A stretch of 64,000 bases of DNA from Octopus sinensis (taxonomy: Eukaryota): positions 44,392,001 through 44,456,000 of the forward strand of contig NC_042997.1 in NCBI RefSeq assembly GCF_006345805.1, given 5' to 3'. Position 1 is the stretch's first letter; every line of letters begins with the position of its first letter. The position numbers and the translations under genes were made by a program. The notes under the pieces were generated by a model. It saw only the letters and a program-made list of their open reading frames with translations, had not been told where the DNA came from and made no database searches. Below, piece by piece: positions 62,862-64,000 of this stretch.

Positions 62862-63380
62862 TGACCCCATTTTCCGGACCCAAAAAAGTGTTTTGTAGCA
62901 TATTAGGTCCTGGAATTCAGTCACTGAAAAAAACCCAGAAAATTTCCAATGATTCTGGGATATAGAGGGGGGGGTACTCGTTTCTCACCCCCCCTTTTTT
63001 TTTCCGAACAAAAATAGGGGGTTAGCAGCTTATTATGAGATCAGGGTACTTGATTCCATGCAAATAATCCGAGTTTTTTTCTTTCCTTAGTGAAAAGATC
63101 AATGGGGGTAGAGGGTGAAATTTCCAAAGCTTTCACCTCATCTCACCCCATTTTCCGGGCCCGAAAATGGGTTTTGTAGCATATTAGGAGGTCACCAGAA
63201 TTCATTCAATGAAAAAGATTTCCAATGATTCTGGGATATGGGGGGGGGGGGGGTCCAGCTCCCCCACCTTTTTTTTTTTCTGAACAAAAATAAGGAGTTT
63301 GCAGCATAGTAGGAGGTCAGAGTACTTTATTCCATGCAAAAATTCTGAGTTAAAAAAATTTTTTTTTTTTTTTAGTGAAA
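62862..63380. repeat. Diverged tandem direct repeat (~280-bp unit)
   Basis: ACCCCATTTTCCGG..TGTAGCATATTAGG..TTTCCAATGATTCTGGGATAT..TTCCATGCAAA..TTAGTGAAAA occurs twice. Confidence 0.8.
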
Positions 63381-64000
63381 ATTGTGCCAGCGTCGCCTCG
63401 ACTGGCTGCTGTGCCGGTGGCACGTAAAAAGCACCATCCGAATCGTGGCCGATGTCAGTGCCGCCTCAACTGGCTTCCGTGCCAGTGGCACGTAAAAAGC
63501 ACACACTACACTCACGGAGTGGTTGGCGTTAGAAGGGCATCCAGCTGTAGAAACACTGCCAGATCAAGACAGGAGCCTGATACAGTCTTCTGGCTTCCCA
63601 GATCCCCGGTCGAACCATCCAACCCATGTTAGCATGGAGAACGGACGTTAAACGACGATGATGATGATGATGATGATGATGAAAGGATCAAAATTTACCA
63701 AAATCTGTAGTTATGCCAACACAACTTTGGTATATCATGCCAGTTGTGTTTACAGTGTCAAAACCTATTCAAATCTTAGGTTCGCATACATCCACAACCC
63801 TTTGTATATTGTAAAATATGTTTCCAGGATTGGCTTTTACAATGTATTGGATCAAAAAGTTTATTCACAATGGTGATGATAATGATGATGTTGAATAAGT
63901 TTTTTGGTTTTTTTTAATTAGAGAAAAAATAAACAACATCCATGTCTATAAGAAAGTCAAGTTGATGAAATTGATGTAGCTGATGTTCACTCAAGCTTTT

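Overview
Eukaryotic, AT-rich, repeat-dense animal genomic DNA. The SINE families, (TA)n/(CAT)n/(TATC)n load and RTE remnants resemble an octopod cephalopod (Octopus-like); this assignment is my recognition, not a database result. There is no intact protein-coding gene. Nearly all ORF-track entries are microsatellite or SINE artefacts, or decayed transposon fragments. Content: a decayed but apparently end-to-end autonomous Helitron (~22.87-30.0 kb, minus) with nested insertions; non-autonomous Helitrons; many RTE-clade LINE fragments; an R4/Dong-type RLE LINE fragment; an L1/Tx1-like ORF1 fragment; three Penelope-like (GIY-YIG) fragments; mariner copies and MITEs; hAT and piggyBac MITEs; a Merlin transposase relic; several tRNA-derived SINE families. 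A TE-poor island at ~38-45 kb carries a TATA/Inr promoter candidate and a possible 27-nt ATG micro-exon. Two signals stand out. (i) A set of type I hammerhead-ribozyme motifs with palindromic minimal stem III, unusually long stem II (~30-130 nt) and recurrent core variants (CCGANGA, CUGUYGA); two lie directly 3' of GIY-YIG ORFs. (ii) Six long fold-back palindromes of unrelated sequence, mostly embedded in (TA)n; two carry back-to-back hammerhead motifs. All folds were paired by eye, and repeat boundaries are approximate unless a TSD or TIR is given.
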